A stretch of DNA of 54,277 bases, from IMG/VR virus record IMGVR_UViG_3300028025_005704, positions 1 to 54,277 of that record; one strand, given 5' to 3'. The notes beneath the pieces were generated by a model. It was not told the DNA's origin. It did not search any database and saw nothing but the letters and a program-made list of their open reading frames with translations. Each line of letters opens with the position of its first letter. Within the stretch, counting starts at the first letter, position 1. The translations under genes were made by a program, and so were the position numbers. Below are positions 8,862-18,091 of the stretch, one piece after another. The stretch is from a virus (taxonomy: Duplodnaviria; Caudoviricetes).

Positions 8862-9254
8862 CTAAACCAGTTCCTCCTCTGGCTCTAAGTCTCGAACCAA
8901 GACGGTGCGAGTGAAAACACTTGAACCCCAAGTTAGGTCGTGTCCCATTGCGTCTGCTTCAACCTCAACTGAAGTTCCCGAACGCTCACCGTTATCCCAG
9001 TCGCGTACGCGTAGAATTCCGTGAACCATAATTCGGTCGCCCTTGTTGATTGAACCTGCACAATTTACCGCGAGTTGTTTGAACGCGGTAATGGTGTACC
9101 AATTAGTTTCCCCATCAACCCACTTATTCTGACCGCGGTCGAAACGGCGTGTACTTGACGCTAAACGGAATGAAGTAATTGGCAAGCCCTCTTTAGTAAT
9201 TAGGTGTCTAGGTGTTGTTGCCACTAACCCAGAGACTGAAACCATTTCTGACAT
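8862..9254 (-). CDS. ssb: Single-stranded DNA-binding protein (actinobacterial type)
   Basis: SFRLASSTRRFDR..WVDGETNWYTITAF..LA.N...S..KGD...V.G.L.VR.W...EVEADAMGHDL. Confidence 0.9.
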   Translation of the reverse strand: MSEMVSVSGLVATTPRHLITKEGLPITSFRLASSTRRFDRGQNKWVDGETNWYTITAFKQLAVNCAGSINKGDRIMVHGILRVRDWDNGERSGTSVEVEADAMGHDLTWGSSVFTRTVLVRDLEPEEELV

Positions 9255-9564
9255 TTATCCCTTTCACGCAACCAACTTGATTGCTAGTTTGATTGTACGC
9301 TATTTTGATTGTTAGCGCAACTTCCAACGAAACTTTCAACCAAGCGTGTCTCAGCTTTTGTGATCCTTCAGCTGCGCCAGGGTAAAAGAAAACCCCCACC
9401 TATTGGCAGGGGTTGTCTTTTTAGTTTCTACTTGAACGCCACTAGTTGTGAATTGAACCAACCATCAAATTCTTCTTGACAGTCATCACACAAGGGATGA
9501 ACCACTTCCAAGTTTTCAACTTCGATTTCAGTTTCGCATTGGTAGCAAGTTGTTTTCTCCATGA

Positions 9565-10038
9565 TTACCAACTTGACTGATACTCAAAGTCGAAGTCTGC
9601 GAATTTCGGATTGCTCAAAATTTTCCCAAGCATTTCCGAAGTCTGCTTTACGCTTGCGTGATACCACTCATCGTAATCAGTACCACCAAAGAAAAAACCA
9701 TCTTGAGTTGGTAGAAGTTCGTGAGCCTTAGTTGCGTTGCCCAGTACCTCATCGCAAACATCTTTCAACTCTTGAAGTTTCTCACGCTCAACATAAGCCC
9801 TTTGACATTCATCAACGCCACCTTGAACATTGTCCACAAACCAGTTGTGGATAGCATTAGCCTTACGCCAATACCCAACAGTAAGTTTCACTTCAGCACT
9901 AGGGCTTTCGCCATCAAAGTCTGACTTGTTCAAACCACTAACCGCAAGAATGTCTGCGTACTTCTTTTGCTCATCTTGCGATGAGTGTGAATAACCTGAA
10001 ACATACTTCCTAGCAGATAGGTACATGTCTAATCCCAT
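9565..10038 (-). CDS. Conserved phage protein (MGLDMY...YWRKANAIHNWF...GFFFG...YQSSW)
   Basis: Recurrent phage hypothetical family motifs; start re-assigned after GAAAGGGA. Confidence 0.75.
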   Translation of the reverse strand: MGLDMYLSARKYVSGYSHSSQDEQKKYADILAVSGLNKSDFDGESPSAEVKLTVGYWRKANAIHNWFVDNVQGGVDECQRAYVEREKLQELKDVCDEVLGNATKAHELLPTQDGFFFGGTDYDEWYHASVKQTSEMLGKILSNPKFADFDFEYQSSW

Positions 10039-10115
10039 TTTTTTATCCCTTTCTAAATTGTGGATTTCCCCACAAGTAAATTGTGCCATAGTTTCAACGA
10101 AACCGCAAGCGTGTC

Positions 10116-10442
10116 TTATCTAGTTTTCCAGCATTCCTCACAGACAAAGATCCCTGAGCCCAGCCCCTCAACCTCTGTCATCTCCTCCTGCTCAGCGCTG
10201 ACTCCACAAGTAGAGCATTTGACAGAGTTGTCATAGAGGAGCTCAGTGCTCATAGACTCCCAAAGTTCACCGCGGTATACCAGGTTGCTAATGTCCTCAA
10301 ACGCAAGATCCTTACAGGTACTTAGAATCTCCTCCTCGGTCTTAGCTGCTTGCTCCCCGTCTTCATCTGTAAACATTTCTGCGTGCTCGGTGTCCGGGTA
10401 GAACTCGAATACCACCCCAACCTTTATGACTCGGCTACTCAT
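10116..10442 (-). CDS. Hypothetical protein with C-terminal Zn ribbon
   Basis: CSTC...CEEC; start re-assigned to MSSRV. Confidence 0.5.
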   Translation of the reverse strand: MSSRVIKVGVVFEFYPDTEHAEMFTDEDGEQAAKTEEEILSTCKDLAFEDISNLVYRGELWESMSTELLYDNSVKCSTCGVSAEQEEMTEVEGLGSGIFVCEECWKTR

Positions 10443-10577
10443 CGTCCAGGTCCTCATCCCACAGAACCTCATTACAGTCATTACACTCCAGCGCGACATT
10501 GTGAATAACCTCGCCGCGCCCATAGGTAACCACAGTGATCGCGTGCCCTTTGTGCTCTAGCATTTTCTCGATGTCCA

Positions 10578-10838
10578 TTAGTTGTCCTTACTGGCCTGGC
10601 AGGCCTCACAAGTCATAGCATCGTTCAGTTCGTCCGTATCAAAGTCATCCAAACAAACAGCGCAAGTAGATACCTCATCTTGCTCGTGCTCGACCCAGTG
10701 CGAATACTGGTCAATGCTTGGGGCTTTTGTGCTCCGTAAATAAAACTTGACGATACATTCATCGCAACAATCGGCAGGCCGACTGTTCTCATTAGCGCCG
10801 CAAGCCTCACACGAATAAGAAAACTTGTTATTCATCAT
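10578..10838 (-). CDS. Cys-rich hypothetical protein
   Basis: Four CxxC pairs; overlaps the upstream stop. Confidence 0.5.
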   Translation of the reverse strand: MMNNKFSYSCEACGANENSRPADCCDECIVKFYLRSTKAPSIDQYSHWVEHEQDEVSTCAVCLDDFDTDELNDAMTCEACQASKDN

Positions 10839-11184
10839 CCTCGCCGTCCTCGTCCTCATCCTCGATGAAAACGATTTCCAGGCGCGCGATGCGCTTGCCC
10901 CAGCCCTCGGTTTCCTCGTAGTGAGCATAGACAGGATACAAACCATCACCGTATCCCGAACTTGAAACTACACCCGCGCCTGCGTGCCCCGCTTTGAAAT
11001 TGAGCTGCCCCGCTTGCCCCTCGGCGAGAGTTGTTGAACACGCGCCGCCGTATGAATAGTGCCCGATTTCAGCCTCGCCGAAACCCTCTTTACCCCAGTC
11101 GTTCAAGTACCCAGGGTCGGTGATTAGAATCTGTCCTGAATCAACCGCAATGAATCCGATTTGCTTTGTGCTTGTAATTACCAC
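10828..11184 (-). CDS. DUF4241-like protein
   Basis: VDSGQ..I.DP and SSGYGDG.YPV motifs. Confidence 0.6.
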   Translation of the reverse strand: MVITSTKQIGFIAVDSGQILITDPGYLNDWGKEGFGEAEIGHYSYGGACSTTLAEGQAGQLNFKAGHAGAGVVSSSGYGDGLYPVYAHYEETEGWGKRIARLEIVFIEDEDEDGEDDE

Positions 11185-11215
11185 TTGGTATCCCCTTTCT
11201 CGAGATACCTCAACC

Positions 11216-11515
11216 TTACCCTAGGTCGGCGTATTCGTCAATAACCTCGTATAACGATTCTGGCGTGTCCGGGATGTCCAAGCCAGCTAACCGCATGCCC
11301 GCGCGAATAACAATGTCAGCTGTCTCCATACCTAAACCCCTAGCTGCGAGTGATTCCAGTAGATCTGAAGAGATCTCCTTCTGACCGCGTTCAACCTCTG
11401 ACAGATACCCCAGGGCTAGCGTAGATTTCCCAGCCACCTCCCGCATTGGCATCTTCTGACTTAGGCGCTCTTCGCGCAAGATCTCCCCTAATGCTTCCCG
11501 ATACAGCATGATCAC
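11216..11515 (-). CDS. XRE-family HTH regulator, ClgR-like
   Basis: REALGEILREER...REVA....LALGYLSEVERGQKEISSDLL closely follows the actinobacterial ClgR consensus. Confidence 0.8.
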   Translation of the reverse strand: MIMLYREALGEILREERLSQKMPMREVAGKSTLALGYLSEVERGQKEISSDLLESLAARGLGMETADIVIRAGMRLAGLDIPDTPESLYEVIDEYADLG

Positions 11516-11585
11516 TCCTTCATTGTCTTAGGGCTAGTGTATGGGCAAAATGCTCGCCGTGTCAATCGACACGCCTCCGGCTAAA

Positions 11586-12425
11586 CTACGCCACTGGGAA
11601 GAGCCGTTGGTTGGTGTCCATGTCCTTGACGAATACAGAGTTTTCATCCGCTTGGGTAATGTTCTCGCCCAAATCAAGAACCACGCCAGCCATCTTCTCA
11701 CCAGCAAGTTCCCACGCCTTTTCAGCGTTCGCCGCTTTCACATACAAAGTCTGCTCGATAACCACCGCAAAGGTTTGCTCTGGTCTTGGGCAATCCTCAA
11801 ACCAATACTCTTGGTCGTCGTCGCCGTCTTGGCAATTACAGTTCTCTTCCCTATCAAGAGCCACATAGTCTGCGTGGCTTTGTGGAATGTCCCACTCCCT
11901 AGTAATCGAGAACTCGCCACTGATACCACTAGCCTCGATACCCCAGCCTTGCTCTTCTTCGCATGAGAAGTCGAACTCCAGTTCTGGGTGCTGTTCCACC
12001 ATTGCGATAAACGCCCCTTCAGCCACGCTCCAAGGTGTGGAAAAACTGTAGTGAAGATACTGCTCTTTTTCTTGGCTGTAATCTTGAAGTGCTACATCAC
12101 TAGCGTCCCACTTACAGCCCCACTCACGAACATTCCAGTCATACCAGCCATCACTTGTCGCCTTCATGTCATGAGCCAACTTCTGATTCAAGTCCCAAGT
12201 TTCGTAGCCCTCTGGCTTATAGTCGCTCGCTCCGAAATAAAGAGACTTGTCTTCTGGCTCCTTGAAGTTCCAAAACGCAAGTTCTGACGAATCACTCTCT
12301 GAATACTCCAGCGTGCCATCATCTGAAATACCATTTGGCGATAACTTGCTCGCCTTATCACGAAACGCAATCAGTGCCTCACGCTCGCCTTTGACATTCA
12401 TGTTGTTGTAAACCCAGTTTGGCAT
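11586..12425 (-). CDS. DUF1281 / YubB ferredoxin-like domain protein
   Basis: MPNW..N, WYDWN..EWGCKWD and FSTPWS motifs. Confidence 0.7.
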   Translation of the reverse strand: MPNWVYNNMNVKGEREALIAFRDKASKLSPNGISDDGTLEYSESDSSELAFWNFKEPEDKSLYFGASDYKPEGYETWDLNQKLAHDMKATSDGWYDWNVREWGCKWDASDVALQDYSQEKEQYLHYSFSTPWSVAEGAFIAMVEQHPELEFDFSCEEEQGWGIEASGISGEFSITREWDIPQSHADYVALDREENCNCQDGDDDQEYWFEDCPRPEQTFAVVIEQTLYVKAANAEKAWELAGEKMAGVVLDLGENITQADENSVFVKDMDTNQRLFPVA

Positions 12426-12482
12426 TTGCCTATCCCCTTTCAGTTGGATACCACAAGCGTAGCATAGTTTGACGAAAATACC

Positions 12483-12722
12483 CTAATCTTCGTCATACTT
12501 TTCTACGCCACGAACAATGTTCATTTCCAGCTGCCCCTCAATTGCCAGGCAGTTATCGCATAGGTTATAACCAAGGTAGTTATAGTTCCAGTGATTAACC
12601 ATGCTCGCGCAATCCACGCATTGGGCCAGTTCCCCGGTCGCTCCGCAAACATGGATAACATCATCATTTTCAACCCCGTAGAACATCTCCACGAAGGTAT
12701 CTTCATTCAGCTCTTCATTCAT
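12483..12722 (-). CDS. Small CxxC protein
   Basis: CVDC...CDNC; leaderless-type -10 element upstream. Confidence 0.5.
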   Translation of the reverse strand: MNEELNEDTFVEMFYGVENDDVIHVCGATGELAQCVDCASMVNHWNYNYLGYNLCDNCLAIEGQLEMNIVRGVEKYDED

Positions 12723-12984
12723 GTCATCAGGTTACCCGACAGCTGCGACATTTTCCGTTATTGATTTTGGATCAATTTCCAGGAGGGACCCAACTTCCCA
12801 CGATCGTGAGACACCCGTTCGTTCGAAGTTCTGCGTAATCTCCACATTGCTCAATGGGATCCGTTCACCCGGGCAAGGCGAAACCCCCTAGGTTGGGGGA
12901 ACCTAAGGGGTCTCTATCCGTTGGGAGAGCGGGTAGTACTTTTAGAAAGGGGTGCTCAATCCCAACGGAATCCTACGCACGCCG

Positions 12985-14766
12985 TTAGGCACTCACTCTC
13001 GCAAGTGCCTCGGACGCTGACCGACCAATCTCCAGAGCAATTTGCTCAACATCAAGTCCGTCAAGGTGAACTCCGCTCGCCGTTCCGCTCATAATCGCTT
13101 TCGCACCCACGCCATTACACGCCTTTGGGGTAATGAACAGAACAGCCACGCCGTTTTGCTCGCAAGACTTCATTACATTCTTGGCGTGTTCCGTTTCGTT
13201 CCCTGTGTAGTTTCCGTCCGAAACAATTACTAACATACGCACGCCGTCTCCGTAAGTGAGATTCAGCGAGCCGTCCAATGCCATGAACGCCTTGTGAAAC
13301 ATCTCCGTTCCGTCTGGTGCTGACCAGACCGAAACCTTGTCCAACTTCTGACCGACTTTGAGAGTTGGGAAAACATCAGAGCCGTAGTAAACCATAGCGG
13401 TCTTGGCTTGGATTCTGCGTCCAGCCTCTGACATTACCCACGCCGTAGTCGCCATAGATTCCATAGCCGAACCCATAGACCCACTAATGTCCACCATGAT
13501 TCCAAGTGAAAGTGTTGGGTCGTCTGTGTGCTTGCGTGTCTTTTGTCTCCACGCTGGATTCAGGTCTCGCACGCCCTTTGACTTTAGTGCCTCGTTCTGA
13601 ACTAGAACTCGTGCCTTTAGTTTTCCAGCAGGTGCGTGAGACTTGATAACAGTTTCCGAACGCTCACGATACTTTGCCTTTTCCAACATCTGACCAATCT
13701 TGACAGCAGACGCACGCTCGTTCGAAGTTGGATTGCGTTGTTCCATGAGAGACGAACGAGACGAAGAACCCTCTGACCCAATGGACTTCGACATAACTTC
13801 GTCAGATTCTTTTTTGGATTCGTTCTTCTTCTTGCTCTCGCTTTGTTTCTTGGAAACTTCTTCTTTCCAATCTTCGCCCATTTCTTGGTCTGCCAAATCC
13901 ATAGCGACTGAAACGCTTGTGCCACTTGCGTCCTCGCCAAGTGCCTCTAGCAAATCTTTCACGAACTCTGGAAGTGAACCAGCACCACCATTGTTCTTTC
14001 CCTCTGGGTCTTTGGTGTCAAGAATGTTCACCCACTTGCGAGCGATTTCTAATCCAGCCAATGTCGCACCATTACGAAGTTGTTGGAACTCACACCACAA
14101 CGCACGAAGTTCGTCAAAAAGTTCTTCGCCCAAAATCTCCAACGCCTTGTCGTAAGTTGTCGCAACATCTGACAACTTCACAACGCCAGCGTCCACACGA
14201 GCGAGAGCAAGTCCAGCCAAGTGAGCCATGACACGAACTTCGCTAACTTTGGTCAAGCGTTCTTCATCAAGGTCTCCCAACGCAAGACCCAAAGCAGACG
14301 CACGCAAGAACAACTGATTCTGTGGGATTTCGATTACGCCCATGCGTTCGATACGAGATTCTTCTAACAAGAAAAAAGCCTCTACAACATCTTTGTCTTT
14401 TTCAGACGCAAGTAAATCTTTATCCCACTTGTCTGAAAAGCGAGCGTGAAGTGCCTCGTGATAAATCACGCCAACTGGCTCTGCGAACTCATACTGATTG
14501 GAACGCTTACGCAAGTCGCCAACCATTTCTGGAGTTGTCGCTTTACCAAAAGCACCCTCTAGGTTGATTTCGATTTCAGCAGTATCGCCAATGAAACAAG
14601 CGATTGCTTGACCCATGCCAGCGTCCTCGCCAGCGTAAACAGCCAAGTCAGTTCGACCTGACCATGCGTTAGCAAGTTCGCCAATGTGTGAACAAGTTGG
14701 TAGCCACTCGCTAGGTGTCGCACTCTTGCGACTTGCTAGACGAGATTCTGGAACATAGTGAGACAT
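12985..14766 (-). CDS. vWA-domain protein with N-terminal HExxH domain (CobT/NorD-like AAA partner)
   Basis: HEALH; MIDAS DISGSM; C-terminal VIVSDG; adjacent AAA+ gene. Confidence 0.85.
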   Translation of the reverse strand: MSHYVPESRLASRKSATPSEWLPTCSHIGELANAWSGRTDLAVYAGEDAGMGQAIACFIGDTAEIEINLEGAFGKATTPEMVGDLRKRSNQYEFAEPVGVIYHEALHARFSDKWDKDLLASEKDKDVVEAFFLLEESRIERMGVIEIPQNQLFLRASALGLALGDLDEERLTKVSEVRVMAHLAGLALARVDAGVVKLSDVATTYDKALEILGEELFDELRALWCEFQQLRNGATLAGLEIARKWVNILDTKDPEGKNNGGAGSLPEFVKDLLEALGEDASGTSVSVAMDLADQEMGEDWKEEVSKKQSESKKKNESKKESDEVMSKSIGSEGSSSRSSLMEQRNPTSNERASAVKIGQMLEKAKYRERSETVIKSHAPAGKLKARVLVQNEALKSKGVRDLNPAWRQKTRKHTDDPTLSLGIMVDISGSMGSAMESMATTAWVMSEAGRRIQAKTAMVYYGSDVFPTLKVGQKLDKVSVWSAPDGTEMFHKAFMALDGSLNLTYGDGVRMLVIVSDGNYTGNETEHAKNVMKSCEQNGVAVLFITPKACNGVGAKAIMSGTASGVHLDGLDVEQIALEIGRSASEALARVSA

Positions 14767-14964
14767 TTTTTAGCCCTTTCTAAAAGCGTAAGACGATTGT
14801 AGCATGGCAAATCAAAATCACGCAAGCCCCAAAAGGATCCTTTTTTTCGTGTCCAGCTGCGGACCTCTCACGATCGTGAGAAAAGCTTTCGCCCCCTGGT
14901 CCGGGCAAAAGAAAAAGGCACGAGACCGAAGTCTCGCACCTTTCCTTTTTAGTAGGACGAACCA

Positions 14965-15987
14965 CTAAATCTTTGCTGGGCGACATTCCTCACCGAAAAC
15001 TCGTGTGAATACATCTGCCACAACTGGTCTGTCAATCTCTGGGGCAGACGCAAGCAAGTTGGCGATTGCGAACTTCGTTCCAAAGATTCCAACCAAGTCT
15101 CGGAACGCAAGAAGTTCACGCATTTGTGGAGACCACATTGTTTCGCCATTCGCTTGTTTCTTTGCCAAGTTTTGAGCAACTGAAACAGCAGTCGCTGGAA
15201 CTCCAAGTTTCTTCGCCAAGTTCCAATCAGTTGTCATTTCGACTTGGACTGTGAAACGAGAAAGCAACGCCTCTGAAAGTCGAACTCCTGGGGCATTTGG
15301 ATTGGTCGCACCAATTACGAAAAATCCCTCTTTCGCTTTTACAGTTCCACGCTCTGGATTCTGTGTGATTGTGATTTCTTTTCTTCCGTCCATGAGACCA
15401 TAAACAGCAGAAAGAACTTTCGGGTCAATCAGACCAATCTCGTCAATGAGCAAAACTTTTCCTTGCTCGGCAGATTTGATAAGCGAGCCGTCCACCCATT
15501 CGAACGCACCACTTGGGGTCTGAACATAACCACCAATGAAGTCTGAAAGTTCTGTGTCGCCAGAACCAAGAACTGTATAAAGTTCGTCTGGGAACGCACC
15601 CTCAACCAAAGCAGTTTTTCCAGTTCCTGGGGAACCATAAAGAAGAACATACTGATTCGCCTCACGAGCCTTGCGAAGAACCTCAATGTCTGTGTGTTCT
15701 CCCCAAGTGCGTGAGTAGTAATCCTGACCATTAGGACGAGCGTATTTTTCTACGCCCTCTAGTGCGGAAACATTTACCACTTTGTTCGCCTTTACTTTTG
15801 GAATAGCAGTTCCAACTTTAGCACGCACCTTTGCCTTAGCAGTTTCTGGCATGAGCGAAGTGAGACCAGCAGGAACACTCGCTGGGTCAGCGTGCTGGAC
15901 AGCGACTCCATAAACAAGTGAAGTCAAGTCTGCGAACAAGTCGTCAATCGAAAGTTCGTCCATTGTTTTGTCTGAATAAATTGTCAT
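14965..15987 (-). CDS. MoxR/CbbQ/NirQ-family AAA+ ATPase
   Basis: Walker A GSPGTGKT, WVDGSL, Walker B LLIDEI, ATNP, ALLSRF. Confidence 0.9.
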   Translation of the reverse strand: MTIYSDKTMDELSIDDLFADLTSLVYGVAVQHADPASVPAGLTSLMPETAKAKVRAKVGTAIPKVKANKVVNVSALEGVEKYARPNGQDYYSRTWGEHTDIEVLRKAREANQYVLLYGSPGTGKTALVEGAFPDELYTVLGSGDTELSDFIGGYVQTPSGAFEWVDGSLIKSAEQGKVLLIDEIGLIDPKVLSAVYGLMDGRKEITITQNPERGTVKAKEGFFVIGATNPNAPGVRLSEALLSRFTVQVEMTTDWNLAKKLGVPATAVSVAQNLAKKQANGETMWSPQMRELLAFRDLVGIFGTKFAIANLLASAPEIDRPVVADVFTRVFGEECRPAKI

Positions 15988-16015
15988 TTTGATTCGTCCT
16001 TAGTTTTCGTTTTGC

Positions 16016-16330
16016 TTACGCAAGTTTTTCTGGAAAGCCCAATGAGACACGAGCCTTTTGGATTCTACGCAAAGCACTCGCTGGTGCTTTCCACTTTGAT
16101 ACATCTGTGAAGTCCACATCAGTAAGTTCGAACACGATTGGGCGTGAACGCAATTCCTCAATCGCACCCCACTTCATTTGACGCTTTAGGTGTTCTTCGA
16201 CTTTGCCACTCATGTTGATTGCTTTATCTTGGGCAGACATTGTTTCGACTTCTTTGTCTGGTCGAATAAAGTTCACGTGCCATTGTGAGCGTGGAGAGTG
16301 TTTTGAGATTGAGCGATAGGTAGTCGCCAT
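16016..16330 (-). CDS. Hypothetical protein (possibly the C-terminal part of a frameshifted gene)
   Basis: ORF track; joins the upstream ORF in frame if the A6 run is read as A5. Confidence 0.55.
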   Translation of the reverse strand: MATTYRSISKHSPRSQWHVNFIRPDKEVETMSAQDKAINMSGKVEEHLKRQMKWGAIEELRSRPIVFELTDVDFTDVSKWKAPASALRRIQKARVSLGFPEKLA

Positions 16331-16340
16331 AGCAACATCT

Positions 16341-16514
16341 TCACCCTTTTCGTTTTTTACCCTCTGGGGTAATCAGAAACTGGAAAGTGCTACTACCATG
16401 TGGGAACTCCAAATAGATTCCCATGCCAGCGACTACTGGCTTGTTTGATTCAGCAGAAGAAATAGCGTCAGCCACTTCTCCAGTAAGAGTGCCAAAAGCA
16501 CTTAGTGGATTCAT
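16341..16514 (-). CDS. Hypothetical protein (possibly the N-terminal part of a frameshifted gene)
   Basis: Start MNPLS after AAAGGA; first gene after a strong promoter. Confidence 0.55.
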   Translation of the reverse strand: MNPLSAFGTLTGEVADAISSAESNKPVVAGMGIYLEFPHGSSTFQFLITPEGKKRKG

Positions 16515-16559
16515 GTTTCGTCCTTTGTTCGTCCTGTGTGAACTTTTGCTCACAAGTCG

Positions 16560-16588
16560 AACTTACAGGGTTTCGTGTCAAGTGTCAA
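16560..16588 (-). promoter_or_regulatory. Promoter of the AAA/vWA block
   Basis: TTGACA(16583-16588)-N17-TAAGTT; a second TTGACA in tandem; A-tracts upstream. Confidence 0.7.
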
Positions 16589-16700
16589 ATCTATTTACGA
16601 AGTTTTTTGAAAAAGTTTTTCGTGGGTCTCCATACTGACTTCGCACGAATTCTGATCCTGATTCGTTGGAAGTACACCAAGCAGCTGGTGCCTGGTTGGC

Positions 16701-16985
16701 CTAGTCGTTGGGGTCTGTTACAGAGCTTTCCCAGGTAGGGGCATCCTCTTGTACTGGAGGGGCAGTGTCGACGACTGGTCCAGCGCACTCAGTGCAGACC
16801 ATCCATTGCGAGTCTTCGTCTAGCGCTACAGCGTATGGATAGAAGGTGCCCGCCTTATGGCCAACTTCGTTTGCGCAAGCTGCGCACTCGGGTGCATCCA
16901 GATCCTCCATCTCGAGGAGTCCAGCGGTGAGCCCGTCACCAACATCGGCGTTATTTTCCATTACATGTAGTTCTATGTTTTTCAT
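16701..16985 (-). CDS. Zn-ribbon hypothetical protein
   Basis: CAAC...CTEC; TATGCT-N7-ATG leaderless start. Confidence 0.55.
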   Translation of the reverse strand: MKNIELHVMENNADVGDGLTAGLLEMEDLDAPECAACANEVGHKAGTFYPYAVALDEDSQWMVCTECAGPVVDTAPPVQEDAPTWESSVTDPND

Positions 16986-17665
16986 ACCCGCTAGCATAAC
17001 CCGTTCCTCAGATAGTGAGTTGTTCGTGAGAAGTCAGGAAGGAGCTTCCGGCATCAACGAACTTCGAACTAACCAGGCACGCCGTTTCGTTGAAAGTAGC
17101 TGCGGGCATAAGCTCAAACGAAGTACGCACGCCGCTTCGTTTGAAGTCCAGCACACAAGGTCCGCAAGGTGAACAAGGTCATACAGGTGATACAGGTCCG
17201 ACTGGTCCGACAGGTAACTTTCCACGGGTAGCAGAAAACCCCCCGTTAGAAGTTAGGAAGGGAATCGCATCCCGGTTCTTCTAACGAAGGGCTCGCCGTT
17301 GTTTGAAAGTTTACTCTTTCTTTGCTGGCCACTGCCGTTCTAGTTCTGCAGACCAATCACCGTCGGGTAGGTCCTCGTGTGATTCGATACCCTTCTCGAT
17401 TGCTTCCTCTTCGGTTTCCGCTTCCACCCAATAGGTGGCGTTGTACTCTACTTGCCATGTTGCCATGGGTTACACCCCTTCCACTAGTTCTGTAAGCAGG
17501 CCGTCCGCCTGGTCTTCGGTCAGGCCGCATTCCTCCTGAGCGTTTGTTACTGCAGACGTATACCCGTCATTGAATCCCCACTGGTATGCGCGCTTAATTG
17601 CTGGGTCCGTTAAATCCAAATCGTACATTTGGAATCCTTTCTATAGATAACTAAAGAATAGCAGA

Positions 17666-18076
17666 TTAGGAAGATTTGTCAACTACCGTCATTGCGCTCG
17701 CCAACTCTTCGCGGTCAATCAAGTACTCGTTCCCTCGACCGTATCGATACTTGCGCAGGCCGTGCCGTTTCACAATCCGTGAGATGGTGTGGTCAGTTCT
17801 GAAGAACGCGGTAGCTGCTTCGTGAGTTGTTAGGAGCTGAAGATCCGGGAACTTCTTACGAACCGTTTCAACATCCGACGCAGTCCCGTTACGGAGGAGT
17901 TCCTCTTCACTCAGCAGAAAGCGACGCACGCCGATGTCCCGTTTGTAGATTTCCTTCGACCGTTCAGCCAGGGGGTACGGGTGCTTGGTGAGTCGTCCCG
18001 TTCGAACCCAGTAGCGGATAGTCGGGTACGAAACCCTGGCGAGCGCAGCTGCTTGCTTTGGGCTTAATAGGTTCAT
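17666..18076 (-). CDS. Tandem MerR/excisionase-like HTH protein
   Basis: LLSPKQAAALARVSYPTIRYWVRTGRL and LLTTHEAATAF..TDHTISR. Confidence 0.75.
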   Translation of the reverse strand: MNLLSPKQAAALARVSYPTIRYWVRTGRLTKHPYPLAERSKEIYKRDIGVRRFLLSEEELLRNGTASDVETVRKKFPDLQLLTTHEAATAFFRTDHTISRIVKRHGLRKYRYGRGNEYLIDREELASAMTVVDKSS

Positions 18077-18091
18077 GCTCGCCCGCTTGAG

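Noticed and set aside
1111-16588. Recurrent GTGTCAAG/TTGTCAA as L5-type stoperators
   Set aside because: They are the reverse complement of TTGACA -35 boxes, correctly spaced from -10 elements upstream of minus-strand genes
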